NCBI GenBank assembly: GCA_937944105.1
Contig: CALDZP010000034.1
Location: 111,372 to 175,371 of the forward strand
Reading direction: 5' to 3'
Length of the DNA: 64,000 bases
DNA from: an uncultured Ignavibacteria bacterium
Lineage (GTDB): Bacteria; Bacteroidota; Ignavibacteria; Ch128b
Position numbers and translations under genes: made by a program. Position 1 is the stretch's first letter. Every line of letters starts with the position of its first letter. The notes beneath the pieces are model-generated. The model was not told the origin of the DNA, ran no database searches, and saw only the letters and a program-made list of their open reading frames with translations. Positions 36,501 through 48,809 of the stretch are shown one piece after another.

Positions 36501-36957
36501 CTTTCCAATCTATCCAACTTTTTGAAAATGGGGGATCTGAGCTCTGGACTATGTATATTTTTGCTTTAGGATCATTTTTATCCATCCCAATCTTTCCTGG
36601 TATATAATCAAACATCCGTCTTGAACCAAAAACCCCACTTACAAAATTTCTTTGTTCAAGTGTACCCGGTTTTATGTAACCGCCAATTAAGAAACCACCA
36701 TTCAATAACACTATTTTATTATCATATTTCCCATGTAATGAGGAATCAGAAGGAACTTCTCCCAATACTCCTGAATTTGTAAATGGGAAAGAAATTCTAC
36801 CAAACTTTAAAACATAATAATCTGTTTCGTAAGAACTAATCTTTGATAGTTTTTTTCCTTGATTGATAAAGCCAATCGAAAAAAAAGTGAAGATTGCAAT
36901 GATTATTATAAGATAATTTTTTTTAAGAGCATAGAAAGGATAGTTTGAGCTCTTCAT
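33532..36957 (-). CDS. large secreted protein with T9SS (Por) C-terminal sorting domain
   Basis: The C-terminal ~80 aa (NVFPNPY...ITFSNLPEEVTINIYTLSGVFVKRL...ASGVYLAHIKTNYGDKVLKFSIVR) match the T9SS CTD pattern. N-terminal TM/signal. Calcium-loop-like YDGDGDGKYNPIDKNNNGLWDENEDRP. I prefer the ATG at 36957, preceded by AGAGGAGGT, over the upstream ATG at 36987. Confidence 0.8.
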   Translation of the reverse strand: MKSSNYPFYALKKNYLIIIIAIFTFFSIGFINQGKKLSKISSYETDYYVLKFGRISFPFTNSGVLGEVPSDSSLHGKYDNKIVLLNGGFLIGGYIKPGTLEQRNFVSGVFGSRRMFDYIPGKIGMDKNDPKAKIYIVQSSDPPFSKSWIDWKDAVELGAEFYDGDGDGKYNPIDKNNNGLWDENEDRPNLIGDFTAWCVFNDGVPENQRRLPEKPLGIEVHQTIWAYSSITSLSNSIFIRYRVIFKGNQLYPELTKLDSVVFSFINDPDIGNYQDDLLGTDTLLNASYSYNNGDDAEFLTNPPAIFFQLLQGPQAFIPGITFQDNNGNGIFDEGDIPITTANLFIDPLFNKELKGAKNLGLNSTNYLRYSGSITSNTYYNFLNGLTYDGKKHNPCQHDLGVVVGGVNCNEVNPKFVFSGDPVTYKGWINNREFDVISFTNTERFTLEKGKPVDIVLAYSIGRGSNALNSITVGRRFCELNRILFEKNFIKDISLPITKLKSRSFENRVDLFWETKDDFLFNSQFISSTGDTLLNLYFERYELWAHSTPDAYYGNDTTRAKMLVAYDVENDLDNLYITDKDGIIIKNIFYKGIQLSPSKYSNPLTGIIVYSIDKNPFNGKKLSKSDRLFFSLRKIYLNRTSTDIIEIYNKPGNFLINSTYDMAVRATVSKILEVIPGEDLNTPLFLEQQTLKGSTNATEAKVLIEELDKSKLTDDNYSISFKRFGSSNEYKLFWRLKNLTKNQILIDSQTIYYNKDQSYVLVDGFSPKIEWIEPEIKDLQYKPESNIWFKPPRYEISGAFYMGEEAVKNKSGIYIYSLGNSGRIKSNITRFDKLRKIEIQFGKTQYAYRFVSNTLGTKFFSAAQTAGDLNVGNPGVYFVEVPFQVWLKDERFKEQRQLACAFIEARSSIGGNPDGEWNPDTNIVKTKEYIIIFDQTYDPTGKQMEYVGYLPTTGTKVFAELLGWNPPAEANFTPEQIRRANSPWFDALLVVGLEKISAVSTYQQGDVLTIPISYVLTEQDTFYYQSKSASNKLSTEEKKQLVNNINVFPNPYFEWDDTRAYGSGVITFSNLPEEVTINIYTLSGVFVKRLNENDKSSISSPFIQWDMKNESGNKVASGVYLAHIKTNYGDKVLKFSIVRMKH

Positions 36958-37387
36958 TTTACCTCCTCTAAGATTTAATTTGTTCAAAGATTAAAAATTA
37001 TCAGATAAATTTCAAATATTTTTAATGGTTTCTTCAACCTTTCAGATATTACTTTTGATTGTCAGATTTTAAAGTGTGCGCTGGTTAAATTAATTTTTCT
37101 TATTGTTTATTCTGAGAATAAAAAAATCTAAGATTTTAGTATTTACTTTTTGGATTTTAACTTTTTCAGGGAATTGCTAATTATTTAAGAATTGATTTTA
37201 TTCAATTAATGATTAAGAAGCTGGTTTATTAGAAAAAGTATAACTAGTGAAAGATTTTAACCAGGAAAGTTAGTTTAGAGGATACTTTTATTAAAAATCA
37301 ATCAAATTTGCTAATTAATAGCAAAGATTCGCATTGAGAACCTCAGTAATTTTTAGTAATTTTCGTAGAATAATAAAGGAAATTGAA

Positions 37388-38500
37388 ATGGAATTAAAAA
37401 TAAACTCTAAAGAATTAGATAAAGCTCTTTCGCAACTTATACCGATTTTGCCGTCAAAAACACCGCTGGAGATATTAACTCATTTTTTGGTCACTGTAAA
37501 AGATAATTTTTTGACAATTTTTGCCACAGATTCAAATGTTGCATATCAAAAAACTTTGCCTGTCTTTGCAGATGGTGAAATTAATGTTGCACTACCTGGA
37601 AAATTATTCTATGATACAGTTAATAGTCTCCCCGATACAGATTTGAAGATAGAATTTTTGCAGCAAGAACAAAAATGTGTTATCTACACAGATACCGGGA
37701 AATATTCTATTGGTTACATTTTGCCATTTGATTTTCCGCAATTTCCAAAGATTGAAAAGAAACATTCCTTTAATATTAATGGTGAGAGATTAAAAAATGC
37801 GCTTTATCTTACAGAATTTGCCTGTGCAAAAGAAGAACATAGAACTGCAATGCAAGGTATACTTCTTGACTTAAAAAAAGATAAACTGATTTTTGTTTCA
37901 ACTGATGGACACAGACTTGTAAAACTTACTTATGATGATTTTCAATCTGATATAGAAGAGCAATTAATATTACCTGCAAAATCCGCAGAACATTTAACAA
38001 AAATTCTTGATGAAAAAGATGTCCTGGTAACTGTAGGAGAAAAGCTAATAAAATTTGAGATAGATGGTGGTATATTTATGACCCGTCTTGTTGATGATTC
38101 TTATCCAAATTATGAAAGTGTTATTCCACTGGACAATGAAAGTGTAATGAGAATTAACAGAACTGAATTTTTAAAAAGTTTAAGAAGAGCAAACTTTTAT
38201 ATTCACTCAAAAATTAGAAGGATTGATTTAGAGCTGTCAAAAGATATGCTTTCATTAACAGCCGAAAATCCAGAACTCGGCACTCAAATGAATGAAAAAC
38301 TTTTATGTGCATACAATAACGAGCCACTTAAGGTTTCATTTAAGCACGATTTAATATTTGAATCAATTGAACATATTGACACCGATGATGTTTTATTTAA
38401 ATTTAATTCACCCACAAGACCCTGTCTTATTGAACCTTCTGAACAGAAAGAAATGGAAAATTTAATGATACTTGTTATGCCCATGAGAGTTAATGTTTAA
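37388..38500 (+). CDS. dnaN: DNA polymerase III beta sliding clamp
   Basis: MELKINSKELDKALSQLIPILPSK..., three-domain length (~370 aa), TDGHRL motif, C-terminal MPMRV. I prefer the ATG at 37388 over the upstream start at 37334. Confidence 0.92.
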   Translation: MELKINSKELDKALSQLIPILPSKTPLEILTHFLVTVKDNFLTIFATDSNVAYQKTLPVFADGEINVALPGKLFYDTVNSLPDTDLKIEFLQQEQKCVIYTDTGKYSIGYILPFDFPQFPKIEKKHSFNINGERLKNALYLTEFACAKEEHRTAMQGILLDLKKDKLIFVSTDGHRLVKLTYDDFQSDIEEQLILPAKSAEHLTKILDEKDVLVTVGEKLIKFEIDGGIFMTRLVDDSYPNYESVIPLDNESVMRINRTEFLKSLRRANFYIHSKIRRIDLELSKDMLSLTAENPELGTQMNEKLLCAYNNEPLKVSFKHDLIFESIEHIDTDDVLFKFNSPTRPCLIEPSEQKEMENLMILVMPMRVNV

Positions 38501-38564
38501 GAGTAATTTTTTTGATTAAGTAAAGATTAAATGAATAAATTTTGAAAGAGATAAACATAAATTA

Positions 38565-39669
38565 ATGTTTTTAAGTTCTTTAAAGTTGATAAATTTTAGA
38601 CTTCATAAAAATACTTTCCTTCAATTTCGTGAAGGTTTGAATTATATCATTGGAGGAAATGGTCAGGGGAAGACAACAATTTTAGAAGCAATTTATTATA
38701 TCTCTACAACTAAAAGTTTTTCCTCGAATTCTGATTTTGAAATAGTGAACTTCGATGAAGATTTTTTTGAAATTAATGGTAATATATTTGATTTTACTCA
38801 AAACAAAATGATAGTCAGATATAGCAAATTAGAAAATCGTAAGCAATATTCTTTGAACGGAAAGTTGATTAATTCACCTCAAGAAATTGTTGGTAGATTT
38901 CCGGTTGTATTTCTATCACCTGTTGACTCAAGAATTACTGAAGAATCCCCTCAAGAAAGAAGAAAATTTGTTGATTCAGTTATTTCACAATTGAGTAGAA
39001 GTTATCTGGAAAATCTTCTGGAGTATAAAAAAATTTTAAAACAAAGAGCTTCGTTGCTTTTGACTCTAAAAGAAAATTATTACCAAACTTTAATAGATGA
39101 ACTGGAAGTGTGGAATGAAAGATTATGTGAAACAGGTTCAAAACTTATTCTTGCAAGAAAAAAATTTGTATCTGAATTTAATGAATATGTAAAGAATGTA
39201 TATTCACGGATTATGAATGGCTCAGAAACTCCTTCAATTGAATATGAAACGATTGAACACAATTCAGATGATGAAATCGTAGCTGTATTTAAAGAAGAAC
39301 TTAATAAACAAAGACAAAACGAATTTCGAAGAGCAACAAATCTTGTAGGTCCTCACAAGGATGAGTTTAAATTTTATATAAATGGAATTAATTTGAGGGA
39401 TTTTGGTTCGCAGGGTCAACATAAGACCTTTCAAGTTGCCTTAAGGTTTGCTGAATATTTTTATTTGAAATCTAAACTTGGCAAAAATCCTTTTTTTCTT
39501 CTTGATGATGTTTTTGGACATCTTGATCGTGAAAGAAGTCAAAAAATTAGCGAACACCTTGGCGAACTTGGACAGGCTTTCATTACTTTAACTGATTTAA
39601 GTGATATGAAAAATTTACAAAAAACTGAGCGTGATTATATAATTCAAATCAATCAGGGGAGAGTTATAA

Positions 39670-39680
<11 letters not shown>
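38565..39680 (+). CDS. recF: DNA replication/repair protein RecF
   Basis: LKLINFR..., Walker A GGNGQGKTTILEAIYY, ABC signature-like SQGQHKT, Walker B FLLDDV. Confidence 0.92.
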
Positions 39681-42011
<2,331 letters not shown>

Positions 42012-42300
42012 TTTTTAGTCGATAGTAATTAAAAATTAAATCAATCGTTATAGTTCTTTTGAAATATTGTAATCATTATTTGTTGAATGCAAAAAAAATT
42101 AGTGTTGTATTTTAACTGTGAACATCATTTGATGATGCAAAATGTATTGACTTTAGTTTAATGCTTTGATTGTTGTAAACTGTATTAACATTAATGAATT
42201 ATTTTATAGGTGATTAAATAATCTTATAAATCAAGGATCAAAAAATTATTCTTAACATTAAAAAGTGATAAAATTTAAAAAATGAGGTTAATTGAAAGAT

Positions 42301-44739
42301 ATGTCCACATTATTTGAGAAAATTTTGCCAGTTACGATTGAAGATGAGATGAAAGGCTCATACATCGATTATGCGATGTCTGTAATAGTTGCACGAGCAT
42401 TACCCGATGTAAGAGATGGTTTAAAACCAGTTCATCGTAGAGTCCTATATGGAATGTATGAGCTTGGATTATTCCATAATAAGCCATTCAAAAAGTCGGC
42501 GAGAATTGTTGGAGAAGTTCTTGGTAAATACCATCCACACGGTGATGCTGCTGTATATGATACAATGGTAAGAATGGTACAGGATTTTTCTTTGCGATAT
42601 CCACTTGTAGAGGGTCAGGGAAATTTTGGTTCTGTTGATGGAGATTCACCTGCAGCGATGCGTTATACTGAAGCAAGACTTTCTCGCATTGCTGAGGAAA
42701 TGTTGCGTGATTTAGATAAAAATACAGTCGATTTTGTCCCTAATTTTGATGATAGTTTACAGGAACCAACTGTCCTTCCATCTTATATCCCAAATCTTTT
42801 AATTAATGGTGCCAGTGGAATCGCTGTTGGAATGGCTACCAATATTCCTCCTCACAATTTGAATGAAGTAATTGATGGTTTGGTTGCTTTAATCAAAGAC
42901 CCTGAAATTTCTGATGATAAATTAATGAAATATGTGACAGCACCAGATTTTCCTACTGGTGGAATAATTTATGGTTATGAAGGAGTCAAAGAAGCATACA
43001 AAACCGGTCGTGGAAAAATAATAATCAGAGCAAAAGCAAATATTGAAACATTAAAGTCTGGTAAAGAAAATATTGTCATAACTGAACTTCCATATCAGGT
43101 TAATAAAGCAAATCTAATTGAAAAAATTGCTGAGCTGGTTCGAGAAGGAAAACTTGATGATATTTCTGATATAAGAGACGAATCCGATAGAGATGGATTA
43201 AGAGTTGTAATTGAGTTGAAAAGAGATGCTCAAGCAGAGGTCGTATTAAATCAACTTTACAAGCATACAAATATGCAGGTGACTTTTGGTGTTATTATGC
43301 TTGCTTTAGTGAATGGTGTTCCTACGGTTCTCACTCTCAAGCAAATGATGCAGCATTTTATTGATCATCGTCATGAAGTTCTTGTTAGAAGGACTAAGTT
43401 TGATCTGGATGCTGCAGAAAGAAGAGCCCATATTCTTGAAGGTTATAAAATTGCTCTGGATAATATTGATGAAATTGTTCAATTGATTAAAAAATCTAAA
43501 GATGTGGAAACTGCTAAAACCGGATTGATGAGAAGATTCAAGCTTTCTGAAATTCAGGCTAAAGCTATTCTTGATATGAGATTGCAAAGACTAACAGGTT
43601 TGGAAAGGAAAAAAATCGAAGATGAATATCGTGAGACTATAAAATTGATTGAGAAACTAAAGTTTATACTTGCTAATAAGGCAAAAAGGATGCAGATAAT
43701 AAGTGAAGAGTTAATTGAACTTAAAGAGAAATATGGTGATGAACGACGTACTATGATTATTAAAGATTATTCTGAGTTTAGCATTGAAGATATAATTGCA
43801 GAAGAAGATGTTGTTATTACAATTTCACACAATGGTTATATCAAACGGTTCCCTGTTAGTGGATATAAAAGACAATCTCGCGGTGGGAAAGGTGTAACTG
43901 CTGCTGCTACAAGAGAAGACGATTTCATTGAACATATGTTCATTGCTTCGACTCACAATTATATTCTTCTTTTCACAGATCAAGGAAAATGTCATTGGTT
44001 AAAAGTGTATGAAATCCCAGAAGGTGGTAGAGCAACTCGCGGTCGTTCAATTTTAAATCTTGTTCAACTTGATAAAGGTGATAGTATTCGTGCTTATGTC
44101 TCTGTGCGTGAATTTGATTCAAACAGATTTGTTGTCATGGTAACCGAGAAAGGATTAATTAAAAAGACACGACTTGATGCTTTCAGTAATCCGAGAAAAA
44201 CTGGAATAATTGCAATTTCTTTGAACGAAGGCGATCGATTAATTGATGCAAAAATTAGTGATGGTGCTGATGATATTGTTATTGGAACTCGTGAAGGTAT
44301 GGCAATCCGCTTTAATGAGCAGGAAGTTCGTGATATGGGTAGAAATGCTTCAGGAGTTAAAGCAATCACTCTTGATAAAAATGATAAAGTTGTTGGAATG
44401 ATTGTTTCAAAAAGAAAATCAACTGTGCTTGTTGTAACTGAAAATGGTTATGGTAAAAGAACAGAAATTGACGAATACAGAATAACAAGAAGAGGTGGTA
44501 AAGGCGTTAAAACTTTGAAAACAAGCGATAAAAATGGGAAGATGGTTGATATTAAAGAAATTGATGACAATGATGATATTGTTATCATTACTGAAAAAGG
44601 AATGATTATCCGACAACATGCTAAAGATTTGAGAGTAATGGGAAGAAACACACAGGGTGTTAGACTTATCAAATTAAATCAAGGTGATAAGATTTCAGCT
44701 ATTGCTCGCGTAGTTCCTGAAGATGAAAATGAAGAATAG
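42301..44739 (+). CDS. gyrA: DNA gyrase subunit A
   Basis: [16 protein letters not shown] region [18 protein letters not shown], catalytic [10 protein letters not shown]-terminal beta-pinwheel repeats. I prefer the ATG at 42301 (GAGG about 13 nt upstream) over the TTG at 42292. Confidence 0.95.
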   Translation: MSTLFEKILPVTIEDEMKGSYIDYAMSVIVARALPDVRDGLKPVHRRVLYGMYELGLFHNKPFKKSARIVGEVLGKYHPHGDAAVYDTMVRMVQDFSLRYPLVEGQGNFGSVDGDSPAAMRYTEARLSRIAEEMLRDLDKNTVDFVPNFDDSLQEPTVLPSYIPNLLINGASGIAVGMATNIPPHNLNEVIDGLVALIKDPEISDDKLMKYVTAPDFPTGGIIYGYEGVKEAYKTGRGKIIIRAKANIETLKSGKENIVITELPYQVNKANLIEKIAELVREGKLDDISDIRDESDRDGLRVVIELKRDAQAEVVLNQLYKHTNMQVTFGVIMLALVNGVPTVLTLKQMMQHFIDHRHEVLVRRTKFDLDAAERRAHILEGYKIALDNIDEIVQLIKKSKDVETAKTGLMRRFKLSEIQAKAILDMRLQRLTGLERKKIEDEYRETIKLIEKLKFILANKAKRMQIISEELIELKEKYGDERRTMIIKDYSEFSIEDIIAEEDVVITISHNGYIKRFPVSGYKRQSRGGKGVTAAATREDDFIEHMFIASTHNYILLFTDQGKCHWLKVYEIPEGGRATRGRSILNLVQLDKGDSIRAYVSVREFDSNRFVVMVTEKGLIKKTRLDAFSNPRKTGIIAISLNEGDRLIDAKISDGADDIVIGTREGMAIRFNEQEVRDMGRNASGVKAITLDKNDKVVGMIVSKRKSTVLVVTENGYGKRTEIDEYRITRRGGKGVKTLKTSDKNGKMVDIKEIDDNDDIVIITEKGMIIRQHAKDLRVMGRNTQGVRLIKLNQGDKISAIARVVPEDENEE

Positions 44740-44777
44740 AATATTATTTTTTATCCTAGTCAGTAATTAATTTAATC

Positions 44778-44811
44778 GAAAGGGGACAATCTTATGTTCC
44801 CTTTCTTTTTT
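44778..44811 (+). terminator. intrinsic terminator of gyrA
   Basis: 10-bp stem GAAAGGGGAC / GTTCCCTTTC with one G-U pair, 8-nt loop, then T6. Confidence 0.8.
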
Positions 44812-44993
44812 AATTAAGATTTTTATTGGTTGAGAAATTTTTGTTCTTTATTGCTAATGAAAATATATTCTGAAATTTTAAGAAAATACATTCATGGACT
44901 AAATTTTTTCAAATAATTTATTACGTTTAATTGATAAACATTAAACCTATTGAAGTTTGATTGATTTTTATAAAATCATAAAATAAATTGAAA

Positions 44994-45692
44994 ATGAATA
45001 TTGATTTGCTTAAAAGGAATATAGATTCCGTTCATCAAAAAATTGAGGAAGCTGCAAAAAGAAGTGGAAGGAATCCAGAGGAAATAAAGCTAATTGCAGT
45101 AACAAAAAATGTAAATCCAGAACTGATCAATCTTGCATTTGATTTTGGATTAAAAGATTTTGGTGAAAATCGTGTCCAGGAATTGGTTAAGAAAATCAAT
45201 TTAGTTTATAGTGAGGTAAATTTTCATATGATTGGTCATTTACAGACGAATAAGGTTAAATATCTTGTAAATAAAGTTAAATCCATCCATTCAATTGACT
45301 CATTAAAACTTGCGAAAGAAATCAACAAAAGATTTGGTGAAGCAAATAAAACAATTGATGCTTTTATTCAAATTCATACTGCAAGAGAAGAAACTAAATT
45401 TGGACTTAATCCCGTTGAACTTGAACAGTTTTTAATAGAAGCTCAAAACTTAAAGAATATTAATTTTATAGGATTAATGACAATTGGAACGTTGACAGAT
45501 GATGAAAAAGAGATAAGAAGGTGTTTTTCGACTTTAAAAAAACTTCGTGATGACTATTCACATTTTAAGTCAGAAAATATAGATTTGAGAGAACTTTCAA
45601 TGGGAATGACCTCAGATTTTGAAATTGCAATCGAAGAAGGTTCAACAATAGTGAGAATTGGAACAGCAATTTTTGGAGAAAGGAAAAATTAA
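44994..45692 (+). CDS. yggS: YggS-family pyridoxal-phosphate homeostasis protein
   Basis: LIAVTKNV (PLP Lys), FGENRVQE, HMIGHLQTNK, LSMGMTSDFEIAIEEGSTIVRIG. Confidence 0.88.
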   Translation: MNIDLLKRNIDSVHQKIEEAAKRSGRNPEEIKLIAVTKNVNPELINLAFDFGLKDFGENRVQELVKKINLVYSEVNFHMIGHLQTNKVKYLVNKVKSIHSIDSLKLAKEINKRFGEANKTIDAFIQIHTAREETKFGLNPVELEQFLIEAQNLKNINFIGLMTIGTLTDDEKEIRRCFSTLKKLRDDYSHFKSENIDLRELSMGMTSDFEIAIEEGSTIVRIGTAIFGERKN

Positions 45693-45695
45693 AAG

Positions 45696-46223
45696 ATGAA
45701 AATCACACCATTAAGCATAAAGCGTCAGGAGTTTAAGAGAAATATTCGCGGATATGATCCAGATGAAGTAAATACTTTTCTTGGAATAATAGCTGATGAA
45801 TTTGATCAACTTCAAAAACAAAACGAAGATTTAAGTGCTAAATTAACTCAGCTTCAAAAAAAACTTCAGGATTATCAGCAAATTGAAAAAAGTCTTCAAC
45901 AAACATTGTTGGCTGCGCAAGAAACTTCTTCAAGAGCTATGGAAGCTTCAAAACGGCAGGCTGTTCTTTTGATAAAGGAGGCTGAACTTAAAGCAAAACA
46001 AATTATAGAAAAAGCACAGGATGAAGCAAAATCAATTCAAAATTCTGTTCTCGAACTCGAAGAAAGAAAAAGAACTTTAATTTCTCGATTGAGAGCTATC
46101 ATCAATGCTCATATTCAATTGTTAAATATTTTAACAGAGAACAATCAAAAACAAAAAGAATCAACGGAAAATAAAAATAAATCTATTGATGTTGAATCAA
46201 TAATTAATAGGATTGTAGAATGA
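45696..46223 (+). CDS. DivIVA-domain coiled-coil protein
   Basis: N-terminal ITPLSIKRQEFKRNIRGYDPDEVNTFL DivIVA motif followed by coiled coil. Confidence 0.85.
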   Translation: MKITPLSIKRQEFKRNIRGYDPDEVNTFLGIIADEFDQLQKQNEDLSAKLTQLQKKLQDYQQIEKSLQQTLLAAQETSSRAMEASKRQAVLLIKEAELKAKQIIEKAQDEAKSIQNSVLELEERKRTLISRLRAIINAHIQLLNILTENNQKQKESTENKNKSIDVESIINRIVE

Positions 46224-47050
46224 GTGAACTAAGAAATAAAATTAATGAGGCTGTTAATTTTATTCGAACAAAAACTTCAATGAAACCCACGATTGGAATT
46301 ATTTTAGGTACAGGTCTTGGCGGTCTTGTTAAAGAGATTGAGATTGAGACCATTATAGATTATGAAGATATTCCACATTTTCCAATTTCAACAGTTGAAT
46401 CACATCATGGTAAACTAATATTTGGAAGAATTGGTGGGAAAGAAGTTGTCGCTATGCAAGGAAGATTTCATTATTATGAAGGATACTCAATGCAACAAAT
46501 TACTTTTCCTGTGCGGGTAATGTCATATAAAGTTGGTTTGGGTGTGGAAACTCTCTTTATCTCGAATGCAGGTGGTGGTTTAAATCCTGAATTTGAGAAA
46601 GGTGATTTGATGATTATGACCGATCATATAAATCTTCTGGGCGATAACCCATTAATTGGACCAAATGACAATGAACTTGGTCCACGTTTCCCGGATATGT
46701 CTGAACCATATTCAAAAGAACTAATTGCACTTGCAGAAAAAATCGCTGAAGAAGAAAATATAAAAATACAGAAAGGTGTTTACGCTGCTTTAACTGGACC
46801 AAATCTTGAAACTCGTGCCGAATACAGGTTTCTTAGAATAATTGGTGCCGATGCAGTGGGAATGTCAACTGTCCCTGAAAATATAGTTGCCAATCATATG
46901 GGTATGAAATGTTTTGGAATGACTATAATTACAGACCTTTGCGATCCAGATAATTTACAGCCACTTACAGTTGAAGAAGTAATTGAAGTGGCAAGTAAAT
47001 CAGAACCAAAAATGACACTTTTAATGAAAAAATTAATTGAAAGAATTTAA
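46220..47050 (+). CDS. punA: purine nucleoside phosphorylase (trimeric PNP family)
   Basis: IGIILGTGLG, STVESHHGKLIFGRIGGKEVVAMQGRFHYYEGY, GPNLETRAEYRFLR, VGMSTVPE. Confidence 0.88.
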   Translation: MSELRNKINEAVNFIRTKTSMKPTIGIILGTGLGGLVKEIEIETIIDYEDIPHFPISTVESHHGKLIFGRIGGKEVVAMQGRFHYYEGYSMQQITFPVRVMSYKVGLGVETLFISNAGGGLNPEFEKGDLMIMTDHINLLGDNPLIGPNDNELGPRFPDMSEPYSKELIALAEKIAEEENIKIQKGVYAALTGPNLETRAEYRFLRIIGADAVGMSTVPENIVANHMGMKCFGMTIITDLCDPDNLQPLTVEEVIEVASKSEPKMTLLMKKLIERI

Positions 47051-47051
47051 T

Positions 47052-47669
47052 ATGAAAATTCCACTTTATTACTGGATATCTGTTTTCTTTTATGGAGTTG
47101 TAGTTTTTCTTTCCAATTTTGGTGAGACTCAAATAGCTTCTTTCTATCCTTATGGTTTTGGATTCTGGTTCGTTATGTTGTTTTTTGCTGTATGTCTGGG
47201 ATTTATTGTTTCGTATCTTTTTGGATTAAGAAAATCTTTATGGATTGTTGTTTTAATTTTTCTCTTCATTTCAATTATATCATCAGTATTTGTTTTAGCA
47301 AATCCTTCAATTTTTTTATTAAAAGAGTCTTCGTTAACAAATATTATTTCCCAAACTCTAAAAATAGGTCTAACTTCAATCTTTGGATTACTTGGTGTTT
47401 TAACATGGCAAACTATTTTTCTAGCTAAAGAACTTGTAAGAGCTGATGAAAAAATAAAATTCTATGAGAAAAATGTTCTTGATGCAAAACGAGAAGCGGA
47501 ACTACTAAAGAAAGAAGCAGAAATCAAAGCTAATGAAATGGTATTTGATGCAAAGAAAAAAGTTCAAGAACTTGAAAAATTGAAAAGAGACCTCGAAGTA
47601 AAACTTCGTGAATTTTTGCAAATTGAAATGGGTGTATTGGATAAACATGAAGAGACATTAAAAGATTAA
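47052..47669 (+). CDS. membrane protein with 4-5 TM helices and a C-terminal charged coiled coil
   Basis: Hydrophobic N-terminal two thirds, then KREAELLKKEAEIKANEMVFDAKKKVQELEKLKRDLE. I prefer the ATG at 47052 over the TTG at 47037. Function unknown. Confidence 0.6.
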   Translation: MKIPLYYWISVFFYGVVVFLSNFGETQIASFYPYGFGFWFVMLFFAVCLGFIVSYLFGLRKSLWIVVLIFLFISIISSVFVLANPSIFLLKESSLTNIISQTLKIGLTSIFGLLGVLTWQTIFLAKELVRADEKIKFYEKNVLDAKREAELLKKEAEIKANEMVFDAKKKVQELEKLKRDLEVKLREFLQIEMGVLDKHEETLKD

Positions 47670-47883
47670 ATCAATTTAAACTTTAATTCCTTCCCTGAAT
47701 TTTTAAGAAAACTGAAACTATTTTTTCAAACCAAATTCTTCATAGTATTTTTTGAATGAAATTTAAATAGGCTTTTATACTAGTTAAACCTGATTTTTTG
47801 ATCTAATATCTTTTGAAAATAAGGTCAACGATTAATAGATTTAAATAAAAATTCTATCACTAATAATAATAGGAGATTAAACA

Positions 47884-48198
47884 ATGGCATTTACAGGAAA
47901 AGAAGAACATCAGATTACATTAGAAGAAGCAATAAAGTTAATTAATAACTTTAGAAGCCAGCAGACTTCTCTAAGTATTAAGGCTCATTATCTCGGTAAA
48001 GAAGCTTTATTAAAACTTTTAGAGCAAGAAGGTTGTGTAGGAATTCGGATTTATTATGCAGCTCAAGATGATGGAACACCTGAACTTGTAATTGTTGGAG
48101 TAGATGAAGAAGGTACAGATTTAACAAAGGGAAATATATTAGAAAGGGTGTGGCCTTGTCCCCCATACTGTGATGGTAAATCAGAGTTGAATATTTAA
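47884..48198 (+). CDS. small soluble hypothetical protein with C-terminal CPPYC motif
   Basis: AGGAGA Shine-Dalgarno 7 nt upstream of the ATG. 104 aa. Core GCVGIRIYYAAQDDGTPELVIVGVDEEGTD. Ends WPCPPYCDGKSELNI. Confidence 0.65.
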   Translation: MAFTGKEEHQITLEEAIKLINNFRSQQTSLSIKAHYLGKEALLKLLEQEGCVGIRIYYAAQDDGTPELVIVGVDEEGTDLTKGNILERVWPCPPYCDGKSELNI

Positions 48199-48209
48199 AG
48201 AACATTGGC

Positions 48210-48809
48210 ATGAAATATTTTTACATAGTTTCATCCTTTGTAGGATTTATACCATTTATAATTGGGTCACTAAATTTTAATAAATTAGATAAAAATCTTA
48301 AAATAATTTTTTACTTAGTTTTAATCGATTGTGTTTTTAATTTGTTGATGATTTATTATGGTCTGATGTTTAATAAAAATGTATGGTTGGGGCATTTTTA
48401 TACAATTTTAGAATTTTTTTTCATTGCTTTCTTTTTTTATGCGTGTTTTGAGCGTGAGGTTTTTAAAAGAGTTGTTATATCATTAAAAATTATCTTTATT
48501 ATAGTTGTAACTTTTAATAAGATATTTCTTGAAACTTTTGATAAGATTGATAACTATACACTGACAATTGGTTCAATTTTACTCCTTATAATGTCTTCTA
48601 TGTTTTTAGTTGAATATCTAACAAAAAATTTAATAATCAATCTAAAAGACTATAAATTTATTTTGACGGTAGGCTTTATGATTTATTTCGGTGGGGATTT
48701 GTTCATTTTTGCATTGAGCAATGATATAATAGGGATCTGGATCATTCATAATATTTTTAATATTCTTTTAATGATTATCTATGCTTTAGTATTCCTATGG
48801 CAGAATTAA
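48210..48809 (+). CDS. 6-TM membrane protein, candidate detached sensor module of the downstream kinase
   Basis: 199 aa, almost entirely hydrophobic helices. It starts 11 nt after the previous gene and overlaps the kinase start by 13 nt. Confidence 0.65.
   Translation: MKYFYIVSSFVGFIPFIIGSLNFNKLDKNLKIIFYLVLIDCVFNLLMIYYGLMFNKNVWLGHFYTILEFFFIAFFFYACFEREVFKRVVISLKIIFIIVVTFNKIFLETFDKIDNYTLTIGSILLLIMSSMFLVEYLTKNLIINLKDYKFILTVGFMIYFGGDLFIFALSNDIIGIWIIHNIFNILLMIIYALVFLWQN

Noticed and set aside
42012-42300. The gyrB-gyrA 280-bp AT-rich spacer as an alternative origin or DnaA-box cluster
   Set aside because: I found no TTATCCACA-like 9-mer with two or fewer mismatches by eye, and there is no strand switch here. 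It is more simply a promoter region for gyrA.
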